Of a DNA stretch of 59,140 nt, positions 51,822-59,140 are shown in pieces. The translations under genes and the position numbers were made by a program. Position 1 is the first letter of the stretch. Every line of letters starts with the position of its first letter. The stretch lies in NCBI GenBank assembly GCA_001938485.1, contig MQRK01238311.1:1-59140 (forward strand), in the 5' to 3' direction. The DNA comes from Girardia tigrina (lineage: Eukaryota). The notes under the pieces are model-generated. The model ran no database searches. It worked only from the letters and a program-made list of their open reading frames with translations, and had not been told where the DNA came from.

Positions 51822-54800
51822 TATTATTATTATTATTAATATTATTGCAATAAGTCTGCTCAAAGTCTGTGATGTATATCTTTTTTCAAAGCTTAGTCGT
51901 CATTGCCGCTTGTTCCGTTTTTCGTAGTTATTATTCTTGCTTTCATTGTTGGAAGACATATGCTTAATATAATAACTATTAATATGTAATTTTATTTGGT
52001 GTATTTTATTTGTGTGTACGTATATTTATTGAAATTAAACAATTAATAAACATTTATTATATCTTTGTCAAATAAAATTGTATCATTTTTTTCTCATTTA
52101 AAATATAATAATTAATTGTTTAGCAGGTATCATAAATTAAGAATCATAATTATATTAAATATATTATATTTTATGATCTTTAGTTTATTATATTTTTATT
52201 TACGCTATATTATATAATTATTTCACAATATTTTTAGCAAATTGATGTATTAAAATGTCACCCGTCTCTCTACAACATATATAATGGATCTTTTGCTAAT
52301 TTTTGTGTAGAATTTCGTAATATTTTGGGTTTTTAATATCCAAGTTGAAAATATTTTTTTACAATAAGAATTTTCGCCTTCCTCCAGTGAATCAATGATC
52401 GGTGCTCTTTTTCTAGCCGACTCCATAGGGTACAACCTAGGAAAGCAGAGCGTTAATTTCCTTCAAATCGAATCCATTTATATTGAATGTTGCTGGTGAG
52501 GATGTGCTTAATCAACCTTATTAAAATGGTTAAAAAGAAATCACAGATTTAAATGTCATCTAAATATAGATGTTATGTTTTATGGACTTATTAAAACCTT
52601 AAACCTTATTGTGGTAGTCCAGGCCGCTGGATGTATTGCCGATATAATTCGCCAGAACTAATTTGTGTTTATGACAAGCGTAATTCCAACCGGACCGCAC
52701 TCATTCTCTTCTTTGTGATTTTCCGTGTTTAATGACTTGAAGAAACCTCTAATGATGATGAAGAATCAAATTAAAACATGAACAAGTCACAATTTTTCAA
52801 TGAAAAGGATTCAATGTTCTTCGAAAATGGTCTGTTTCGCTGATGAATCACTAGAGAGAGTACCCGGTATTGTATTTCGATTATGTGGCAAATGAATGAA
52901 TTCATTTATCTACATGATTTGCTTGTTATAAATAGAAGGTTTTTGCTACATAATTTATATTTCTGTACGATAAGAACACTAGTTTCTAGACTTATCATAT
53001 CTCATCCCTGTGCTAATAGACATGTCACCGAGTATTTGGTCTTGTAATGAATTAATTGTTTCCAACAAGAGCTTTATCTGGTCAACTACATTTCCTAGAA
53101 AACTATTTCAAGTCCGGGAGAATCTTCCATATTCGAGAGCATCCTCGACAAAGATGCGTATCGTCCTCCTCTATATTCGCGAATTTCAAAAATGGATTCT
53201 TAAGTCCGAGATTATGCTTCATTTATGTCTACAATTTCACATTCTTAATAAATTACTCGTCTAGCAGTCAGAATCTTGAATTTTTATGAACATTTTGTAG
53301 ATATGAAAAATATTCAAATTCAAAAGATCAAAAATTTTAATTTTGTTTATATAGTTACGGAATGCGTTCAATAAAAACCCGACCTAAGGTAAAAAAGATG
53401 TAATAGCAAATTTTAGTTTTTATGTGTGATCAAATAAGTTAATATGTGTTATAATTTCAGTAATTGTTTTATTTTATCAGACGCATTAAAATTTTTATTG
53501 CGACATTTTGAGTTATCGTCAGTACAATGATTTCAGACGTCGATTATAGCGGCGTTATCAAGTTATTTGTGTTGCAGAAGAAAACATGCTGGGACATTTT
53601 CCATCTTTTGCAGTCAATTTACCTACATTACTCCGAATTTCCGACAACTTTTAAATATTGGATCAAGAAAAATTAGGTCGGCCACACAAATTGTTGACAC
53701 AGTTGATGAAAAATTAGAAAAGATGGCCTGAGAAGAGCTTTACCATGAAAAAGCTGTCTACAAAGCTCAATATCAGTGTTGATACAGCAAACGCCAAATT
53801 TAAATCAATGGGTATCAGAAAACTGTGCGAGAGACTCGTATCCCGCTTCTTGACTGATATAATGATGCGAAAATGTAGTGCCGTCAGAACAACTTGAACC
53901 TATGTGACTAGCATGGTGAGAGTTTCCTGGTAAATATAATTACAAAGGATGAAAACACACTCAGTTTGTACTTGCCCAAGCATAGCATGTGTCAGCAGAG
54001 TAGAAACTGCCTGGAGTGAAGCCATCTTTGAAGATGCGAACGGGTCAAGTCATAACGACGGATGATACTTTCCATTTTCTGGGATCATAAAGGTGTTATT
54101 CTCATAGATTTCACTGTTAAATGCATCAACACTGCCTATTTCAGTCAACTCGAGGCAACAGTCGGGAATAATAGATGGAAGTAGAAGAACATTTCACTAT
54201 GGTTTCTCCCTATAATGCGCCAGTACACACAGCCAGAATTTTGGGGGTCATAATTGAAGGAGCTAGACAAAATAAAATATCTAACTATTTCTCTAATAAA
54301 ACTAAAACACAATTGTGTATGAAAGCTGATCTAATTTACCAATATAAATGTCATAAGTGTGACTTCTTGTACTTTAGAGAGACTAATCGTACTAATATTG
54401 CTGAATATAGTCAATTAAGTAAAAATAACTCAATTATGGATTATATGGTGCAGTGTCATGGAAGTTGTAGTTGACAGTGATTTTCAGGTTTTCAACAGTA
54501 ACTTTGATTATAATTATGAAAGGATAATGACTGAAGCACTGTTAATTATTTTTTTGAAATCCAGTTTAAACGTGCAATATTATTAAAGGAATTTAATTTT
54601 AATAATTTTCACTTTTAAATTTATATTTTACAAAAAATATTCACAAATTAAAACCAAATTTTAAACAATGCAGATTTTTTTTACAATATTCATAATTTTT
54701 TAAATTTAAATTTAACTTTATATAATACTTGAACTATTTATACATTAATTTTTTATTAATTTTAGCTGAATCTAGAACAAATAATAATAATAATATTTAA

Positions 54801-55309
54801 TATTTTATTTTTCTGCAATTATGTTTATGATAATTAAAATTAAATTTTTAAACTAACACCAAGGTAAATCAATACTTATAAATCCAATTTTTTTTATATA
54901 TCCATTCTTTATGCGGACAGAACTCTACTTTGCCAAGAGAATTTTTTGTTATCTTTTGTAGAAGGGAAAATTAAAACTACATTTTTTATCAATTTATTAT
55001 GTTATTAGTAACTATTTAAAGTAACTATTTTTACGACTGCATTTTGTAATTAAATAGTTACTAATAACACAATAAATTTATTATAAAGTATGGAAGGAAA
55101 AAACCAAAACATTTCTATTTAAAACATTAAAAAAATTTCTGGACAATCGTAAAACGTTTTTCGCGAAATACAATTTTTTTGATTTCCTAGTTTGATCAAA
55201 TTTTCACATAATCATTTATTGTCATCGGAATGAGTGAGTGTACAAAGATGGGAGAAAATTGATTGAGTAAAAAGCCTTCAAAAATAGATTTCTAAATTTC
55301 ATGGATACA

Positions 55310-55358
<49 letters not shown>

Positions 55359-58300
55359 TAAGTTAATATAAAGAATGGAAAAATAAAATTTTAATAATCG
55401 AGAATGGAAAAAGTATTTTCAAAATATAATTATAGTTAATAATAAAACAAGTAGTAACAATAGTTATATTGCTTTATAATCTTTTAATTAAAACTCTATT
55501 ATTACGATAGTAATCATTCAGCTAGATTGTCTTATGTCGCTTTTAAAGGTACTTTTTGGCATTTGCATTAAAACGTTATTCATTTTAGGAAAATCTGGCA
55601 GTTCATCGGAAACCTCGGGGAAGAAATCCATTACCTAACTCAATACATTTTAGAATCTCCCCACGAACTGGTTTACTATTTATTATCAAAGCCGTTTCCA
55701 AAACAGTTAATCATTCAATCTTTTAAATTTTATATTTATACTTTGGTCTAGTCTTAAAACTCATCTTTCGTGCTCTATATGTACAGAACTGGTCTCCACA
55801 GATCCAAAGAAACCTTTAAAGTTAAATAATGAAAAGTAAGATTTATAATTGTTTAAAAACGAAATAATAATTCTTTTATAGTGCAATATTACGAGTAAAA
55901 GAAGATGAATTTCGCGCCCATGCTTCAATCCATTACATATTCGATTCAGTGATGGCGTTCCTTCATGTTTGTTCATTTAATTTATTATTAAATTATTCAT
56001 AAAATTATCTTATAATGGCGGTCTGCTAAACAAACCAAATGGAAGTTGGTTTTGAACAACATATTAAAAGGAAATATTCCTTTGTTATTATTAAAAATAT
56101 TAATGTAGTAGAATATATAAAAGTTATGAACTATTCTTTGACTTACAAAACATTGAGGCTTTTATCCAACGACTCCCTTCAAACTGGTACCTATAAAGGC
56201 TAAACATTAATTTTGAGTCCTAATACTCATAATGGTCTTTGAATCTATTCCTTTTTTTCATCCGAATTTCCAATACCGAACGTGAAACTCATTCAAATTT
56301 GTGAAGCTTTAAAAGGGATAGTAGGACGTTTATTAGAAGTCAAAAGATGTTATTGATAGGCTTTTGATGCCCTGTTTATTTTGCTTTCTTTGAATATTTA
56401 ATAACGAATATATCCTAATTTTAATAATTAAAAAAGAATATTTCACAAAATAATAACGAAATATAATTTTAGTTGTATTCGCGTCAAGTTTTTCTTTTCG
56501 ATTCTGAAGACAACAAATCCGAGAAAGATGTTTATGATGATTTGACAAGGTCTATGGTGGTAAGAAGAATTTTTATTAAATATTTACACGAATATATAAT
56601 CAATCGGTATAATTTCTCTTCATAAAGAATCTCTGTGCTGCTCTGGCCCCGGCTATGACCCAACCTCATCATTTGAAAGCCATGATCGCGTGTCTTACAC
56701 ATATGATCCCAAAATCAACTCTTCCTCCTACGGTAATTTTAATCGCATTTCATTTTTTAGGAATATTTCTATTAAATTTTCATATGAAAGTACAAAATAT
56801 TACAATATATTCAATTGTATTTTTTAAATAGTGTAAATATTTTAATATTTGAAATATTGAAGTAAACAAGGACACTCCAGGAATAGTTCAAGTAAGTATA
56901 GATTAAATTCACATATCATTCTTTTTCTTGGCTTTACAGATAATGTTGTATGACATGGTCTAATATGTTGCAATCACTTTCTCTAGGAATATTGTGAAGT
57001 GCCATTCTGAAAATACTGGATTATTCGGATGTGGTTGAGATAATTAAATATGCTTTATACATGGTGCTCTCAATAAGTACCAGGCCTGACAAGGAATACA
57101 AATTCCAAAAAGGGCCATTCTTATAACACAACAAGTTTAATGTATGTGGGCATCATTTTTTAACATAATGTCCATTTTGCTTCAAACACTTCCACCACCA
57201 AATAATCAACTCAGAAAACTCAGAATTCTGGGGACATGCGGTGAAGAAATCCTCAACGGCAACCTAGAAATCCTCTTTGGATCAAACCTCTCAAATGCTT
57301 CTTTAGGTTTTTGAAGAGGTAAAAATCGCATGGTGCAAAATCTGGAATGTACGGCGGATAATCCACAAATACAAGCCCAGCACATTCAATTGCAGACCGA
57401 GAAATGTTTGATGTATGCACTGGCTCATTGTCGTCTATAAAACATAATGGTGTGTTTTAACGCTTCCGTCTTTTTTTTCTGGCAGTTGCCATGAGTTTAT
57501 TGTAATAGGTAGCAATAATGATTATTCCTTTATCCGCGAAATCCACGAGAATAATACCTTTATGATCCTAGAAAATGGAAGGCATCACTACCAGTCCATG
57601 ACTTGTTCCCGTTAGCATTTTCAATATATCGAAGCAGTTTTCACTCTACTGACTCACGCATTGTTTTTGGCATATACATACTGAGTGTGGTTCAATCCTT
57701 CGTTATTAAATTTACTAGGAAAGTCTCACCATGCTGTTTCCACAGATTCAAGTAATTCTGACTGCACTCCAAGCGGCTTCAACTCATTACACCAGTAAAG
57801 AAGCCGGGTACGAATTCGGAGCACAGTTATCTGATACCTATGCATTTCAGTTTCGCGTGGGCTGTACCAACCCTGATTTTGAGTTTCGTTTACAGCATTT
57901 TCACGGTAATTCGATACTCTTCTAAAATTATCTTCTCCAATATTTCATCGACTGCGTCAACAATTTCTTAATGAAGAACAGAAGTGTGACTACCTTTAAA
58001 TTCTCTGACTAATTATCTAACAGTTGTCAGAGATTTAGGTAAGTTGACTGCAAAAGATCGTAGATTTGACAGCCCATATTCTTCTGCAACACAAAAAAAC
58101 TTTATAATACTAATGTAATAAAAACTTCAATGCGTTTGATAAAATAAAAGAATTACTGAAATTAAGACATATATTAATATATTTAATCACATTTAATTAA
58201 TACATTAATTAATACATTAATTTACCTTAGGTCGGGTACTTATTGAACGCACCACCTATATAAATTTACTATCAAGCTCATTTCTTTTTCGTTTGGGCCT

Positions 58301-58819
58301 TCATAATTTATCACTAACTTTTCATAAATTTTTTGTCAGTTAAATTTGGAAGACTTTCCTTTTAATTCTGGATAACCTTGTTTCCCTTGTTAATGACATT
58401 TTTTAAATGACGAAAGCTAGTTACACGGATCTTCATATTAATAAGCATCAAATTAATACATATAAGAGAGAAAATTAGTATAAAAAATGAATTTACTAAA
58501 ATTATTTTCTTTTCAATCTTTTCCAAAAGAACTTAATTTACCTCTCAAACGTCTCTTTCTATTCAGATAATGGAACCCGTTGTGGAAGGAATAGGAAAGG
58601 GTGGTCGAATCGTTGATACAATTACTCAAATGAAAGAGGTAAATGAAAAAAAAAGAAGTTTGATAAAATTATAATCGTGATTATGAAAGGGTAACCAAGA
58701 ATACTACAACCAAGAGGTTAAAATGAACTTAAAACTGAAAACGTTTGCCAAAAACTGTAGTCTCATTTATAGTGGTCACAATACTGTCCAGGCCCAGTTG
58801 AAGATTTCTTCGAATAGAG
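3633..58819 (+). CDS. ITPR: Inositol 1,4,5-trisphosphate receptor-like channel, internal part (29 exons, about 1293 codons; N- and C-termini outside the window)
   Basis: Exons with GT-AG borders and compatible phases: 3633-3740, 3798-4022, 21218-21306, 21358-21483, 31156-31287, 31333-31518, 31570-31692, 31741-31845, 33369-33479, 33533-33610, 33654-33786, 33834-33949, 36144-36399, 36966-37120, 37172-37287, 37335-37434, 40197-40441, 40489-40556, 41277-41332, 41392-41792, 41836-41920, 41965-42152, 55589-55705, 55752-55835, 55882-55966, 56473-56559, 56628-56732, 58567-58638, 58690-58819. They join into one stop-free frame carrying ITPR motifs in canonical order: WDQQFRFRH..MYLAV (MIR), ARQKLLR, SRKNALY, DNRKIV, QLDLFNAICYGRN, LVKFGYY, LKRNQTLVM, LLATCAEGENRYIESLCQ. 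Confidence 0.92.
4680..5960 (-). mobile_element. MULE (Mutator-like) transposase pseudogene
   Basis: Motifs FGDGTFSVAP, DFELG, GCFFHLTQSFW, YFENTY and PRTNNSV across broken frames; short subterminal repeats at 4440-4520; ends not defined. Confidence 0.85.
8160..8540 (+). repeat. Dispersed non-autonomous repeat family (further copies at 10870-10945 and 54890-55340, minus strand)
   Basis: Shared core TTCAATCAATTTTCTCCAAACTTTG and TTCTACAAAAGATAACAAAAAA; several copies abut (TA)n tracts. Confidence 0.65.
9579..10652 (+). mobile_element. hAT (Buster/Charlie-type) deletion derivative
   Basis: TIRs CAGTGGTTCCCAAA / TTTGGGAACCTCTG; 8-bp TSD GTTTAAAC / GTTTAAAT; retains the transposase C-terminus (FLIAFPSSYLVERGFSAV…GDLRLLLTKIEP…HPSH*) at about 9930-10254. 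Confidence 0.92.
11958..13386 (+). mobile_element. Mariner (DD34D) transposon, nearly intact
   Basis: TA-flanked TIRs TTAGGTTGATGAATAAGTT / AACTTATTCCTCAGCCCAA; transposase 12141-13321 with SGRP, WVPHLL, TGDEKW, HDNVRPH and YSPDLAPSDF; one frameshift in an A-run near 12440. Confidence 0.95.
13999..14217. repeat. 219-bp near-perfect palindrome
   Basis: 109-bp arms around a single central base (14108); two mismatches seen. Confidence 0.95.
14859..16146 (+). mobile_element. Decayed hAT (Charlie / GTF2IRD2-like) element
   Basis: Ends CAATGGTGG… / …GGCCACCCCTG; 8-bp TSD GTATAGAT / GTGTAGAT; C-terminal motifs LQMELVDLQCN and LAQKVFSAFGSTYTYESFF. Confidence 0.8.
16180..16655. mobile_element. Candidate solo LTR
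   Basis: GC-richer island with TG…CA ends flanked by CTTTT on both sides; the TSD is low complexity, so support is weak. Confidence 0.35.
18974..20481. mobile_element. piggyBac-type MITE (about 230 bp) interrupted by a mariner
   Basis: TTAA | CCCTTTCCAGCCCA … TGGGCTGGAAAGGG | TTAA. Confidence 0.88.
19102..20380 (+). mobile_element. Mariner (DD34D), full length, inactivated
   Basis: TA-flanked TIRs TAGGGTTGACCAAAAAGTCATTGCG / CGCAATGACTTTTTGGCCAACCCAA; WLPHEL, GDEKW, HDNARSH and YSPDFPQSDF with frameshifts and stops. Confidence 0.95.
21218..21483 (+). CDS. ITPR: ITPR-like exons 3-4 (end of MIR region)
   Basis: DKEYKRQ...WDGGELRK | VDCVHDRRYDDAYTIQKV...FIRNLLED; 51-nt intron; phases match the flanking exons; missed by the ORF track. 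Confidence 0.85.
22721..22863 (-). pseudogene. Truncated, diverged TCTP fragment
   Basis: Aligns by eye with 25427-25569 (KEYTVYNKDCMKRILDILKQKNSDRVDMFKSRAQKYVSEIRKNFK); 1-nt deletion near one end; no start codon or splice context. Confidence 0.9.
23262..26419 (+). repeat. Patchwork of local direct duplications around TCTP
   Basis: 23691-23947 matches 24213-24477; 23956-24211 matches 26163-26419; 23262-23590 matches 24445-24770 (more diverged). Confidence 0.85.
25245..25869 (-). CDS. TPT1: Translationally controlled tumor protein (TCTP), 169 aa, nested antisense in an ITPR intron
   Basis: Exons 25869-25842 (MLIYKDIISG), 25786-25308 (DELSSDSYP...IGGNKSAE...YIKDYMK...FYTGEHMDPEAMV...YRED...FKDGVEEEKC) and 25247-25245 (stop codon TGA); GT-AG introns of 55 and 60 nt; classic TCTP signatures. 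Confidence 0.96.
26870..28300 (-). mobile_element. Decayed Ty3/gypsy pol (RNase H / integrase) remnant
   Basis: Minus-strand TTAYHPPSG..SE (integrase TTxYHPQxNG..E motif) near 27740-27780 plus other broken pol-like pieces. Confidence 0.55.
28418..29710 (-). mobile_element. IS630-Tc1-mariner element, maT / DD37D-like, inactivated
   Basis: TA | CAGGGTGCGC…CCGACCACTTTAAATTTGACAATT with an inverted copy at 29680-29705; motifs LFTNEKLF, MVWAGI, WTFQ*DGVPSH and WPPCHPDLNGMDY. Confidence 0.88.
30805..30925 (-). repeat. Helitron / DINE-like non-autonomous 5' end remnant
   Basis: rc CTATATAT…(TGTTTGTC)3…CCGACTTTT…AAATTTTG arrangement typical of such elements. Confidence 0.4.
31156..31845 (+). CDS. 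ITPR: ITPR-like exons 5-8 (RIH domain, IP3-binding alpha core)
   Basis: KARQKLLRNLR | VIDLLVKLL...SSRKNALYFAK | ...IRDNRKIVDRI...FVEALR | NYRYLELLKVLCVCNG..NQ; introns of 45, 51 and 48 nt. Confidence 0.9.
32547..32768. mobile_element. TA-flanked MITE (pogo / Tigger-like ends)
   Basis: TA | CCGGTTTTTCTCGAAT … ATTTGAGAAAAACGGG | TA. Confidence 0.6.
33231..33309 (+). repeat. Intronic duplicate of the 3' end of ITPR exon 7 plus adjacent intron
   Basis: Near-identical to 31646-31724; has acquired stop codons and an altered donor site. Confidence 0.9.
33369..33949 (+). CDS. ITPR: ITPR-like exons 9-12
   Basis: ...QLDLFNAICY | GRNEYCI...LPDDVRAKYCEMII | GLFVDV; introns of 53, 43 and 47 nt. Confidence 0.88.
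33979..34411 (-). mobile_element. Solo LTR of the TGTGAGG family
   Basis: rc starts TGTGAGGAATATTTTTGAAT and ends AATAAA…AATAACA; homologous to 35-430; no clean TSD. Confidence 0.55.
34777..36009 (-). mobile_element. Mariner, full length, heavily decayed
   Basis: TA-flanked TIRs TTAGGTCGTCAAGTATGAAATTT / AAATTTCATACTTGACAATTTAA; remnants GRPE, CDGTWIQYDN and HDNAK. Confidence 0.85.
36144..37434 (+). CDS. ITPR: ITPR-like exons 13-16
   Basis: NMLIEQVLRLLNFLVKFGYY...LIDG | ...IVNAKYAALEVLQMILNF | GFMAKFK...; matches ORF-track fragments at 36201 and 36926. Confidence 0.88.
38520..39835 (-). mobile_element. ITm DD37E transposon (ITmD37E-like), with N gaps
   Basis: About 40-bp inverted repeats (AAAAGTG.ACAAGTTTTAAAACCATCATAACTTTTTA); DDESYF, WPDLAPCHY, then 37 residues to the E of RPIEKFW. 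Confidence 0.88.
40197..42152 (+). CDS. ITPR: ITPR-like exons 17-22 (second RIH region)
   Basis: NLAHYKY..LSLEVL; MNQRIL; VFVNNQNLC; LKRNQTLVM; LIELLATCAE | GENRYIESLCQTIL. Confidence 0.9.
42958..43233 (-). mobile_element. Solo LTR (276 bp)
   Basis: TGT…ACA ends; perfect 5-bp TSD CATTT (42953-42957 / 43234-43238); AATAAA on the minus strand. Confidence 0.8.
43566..44340 (+). pseudogene. gag with two CCHC zinc knuckles
   Basis: CYCCGKHGHLRKDC and a frameshifted CFICGK.GH..RNC; internal stops. Confidence 0.85.
44574..47549 (+). pseudogene. pol (protease, RT, RNase H, integrase), multiply frameshifted
   Basis: LWDSGAGVS; WNSPLV..KKDG..DFRKLN; PFGL; YLEDV (from YLDD); LDTDAS; TDHKAL; H..H..C..C; VDQFSK; TDNG; QSNGLVER; GPY. 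Confidence 0.92.
47931..48103 (+). mobile_element. Mariner 3' fragment
   Basis: FTNKDQDFYERGIMKLPSKWQ..I.NGAY followed by TIR …TTTCCCCAACCTAA | TA. Confidence 0.85.
48291..48520 (-). mobile_element. Penelope-like GIY-YIG endonuclease remnant
   Basis: …SFIGETNHDM..WINEH…H…YRESLLI. Confidence 0.6.
50380..52720 (-). mobile_element. Decayed non-LTR (LINE) RT fragments
   Basis: FRLKINANKIKVM…VEWINKF (50452-50600) and NIYLDDI (about 52550-52580); very degenerate; may be separate insertions. Confidence 0.4.
51791..51847. repeat. (TTA)n microsatellite
   Basis: Imperfect TTA trinucleotide run. Confidence 0.9.
53358..54240 (+). mobile_element. Mariner, 3'-truncated and decayed
   Basis: TA | CGGAATGCGTTCAATAA..CCCGACCTAAGG TIR; ITKDEN, MILSIFWDHKGVILIDF and NAPVHTAR. 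Confidence 0.8.
54300..54585 (+). mobile_element. Penelope-like GIY-YIG endonuclease remnant
   Basis: LIYQYKCHKCDFLYFRETNR…RIMTEALLI..LKSSLNVQ. Confidence 0.7.
55589..56732 (+). CDS. ITPR: ITPR-like exons 23-27
   Basis: KIWQFIGNL...; HYIFDSVMAFLH | LYSRQVF...LTRSMV | NLCAALAP...STLPPT; phase-compatible GT-AG borders; weakly conserved region. Confidence 0.75.
57060..58256 (-). mobile_element. Mariner of the same TIR family as 53358, full length, decayed
   Basis: TA-flanked TIRs CATGGTGCTCTCAATAAGTACC / GGTACTTATTGAACGCACCACC; the 5' region aligns with 53358-53500. Confidence 0.8.
58567..58819 (+). CDS. ITPR: ITPR-like exons 28-29
   Basis: IMEPVVEGIGKGGRIVDTITQMKE | GNQEYYNQEVKMNLKLKTFAKNCSLIYSGHNTVQAQL; 51-nt intron 58639-58689; phase 0 fits exon 27. 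Confidence 0.7.
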
Positions 58820-59009
58820 GTACATTTTGTAAATTTAAAAATTTAAACTAATAAATTAAAATTTCTGAATAACATTCATTTTTATCATTTTATTTTCGAT
58901 AATTTCTTTGACGCCTTTTCGATTTCGTCATAAAAAGTGGTAAACATAGTCTAAAGTAGGGGAAAAATGCGGGTTCTCCCTCACCCCCCCCGGGGGGGGG
59001 TAGTCCTTA

Positions 59010-59129
59010 GTTACCGTGGTCGCCATGGTTACGTAACCAGTTACCCCGCGGGGTTACCATGGCAACGGTCGCGATCACCTTAGCAACGGTCGCGGTTACC
59101 ATGGCAACGGTCGCGATCACCTTAGAAAC
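59010..59129. promoter_or_regulatory. GC-rich tandem array of RFX X-box-like motifs
   Basis: GTTACCATGGCAAC at 59053 and 59095 alternating with ATCACCTTAG(C/A)AAC at 59074 and 59116, constant GGTCGCG spacer; function inferred only. Confidence 0.5.
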
Positions 59130-59140
59130 GCTTCTGATTG

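Noticed and set aside
56860-57050. Mini-intron-like GTAAGT…TTTACAG (about 48 nt) with exon-like flanks
   Set aside because: Flanking frames contain stops, and the ITPR model is continuous without it.
59053-59129. CRISPR-like repeat-spacer pattern
   Set aside because: Spacers are identical 7-mers, the context is eukaryotic and there are no cas genes.

Overview
AT-rich eukaryotic (animal-like) draft-assembly DNA with N gaps. Almost the whole window is the middle of one large + strand gene for a divergent inositol 1,4,5-trisphosphate receptor (ITPR-like). I traced 29 phase-compatible GT-AG exons (3633-58819, about 1293 codons) covering the MIR, RIH and armadillo-solenoid regions; both ends of the gene lie outside the window. 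Intron sizes are bimodal: 18 mini-introns of 43-68 nt and 10 introns of 0.5-17 kb filled with transposons. These include several mariners, Tc1, DD37D and DD37E ITm elements, a MULE, two hATs, piggyBac and pogo-like MITEs, a full-length decayed Ty3/gypsy element with short AGTT...AACT LTRs, solo LTRs, and Penelope and LINE remnants. An intact, conspicuously GC-rich TCTP gene is nested antisense in one intron, inside a patchwork of local duplications that includes a TCTP pseudogene fragment. Other oddities are a 219-bp near-perfect palindrome, a phased array of RFX X-box motifs at the right edge, and a candidate minimal hammerhead ribozyme. All calls come from manual reading and motif recognition; no database searches were run.
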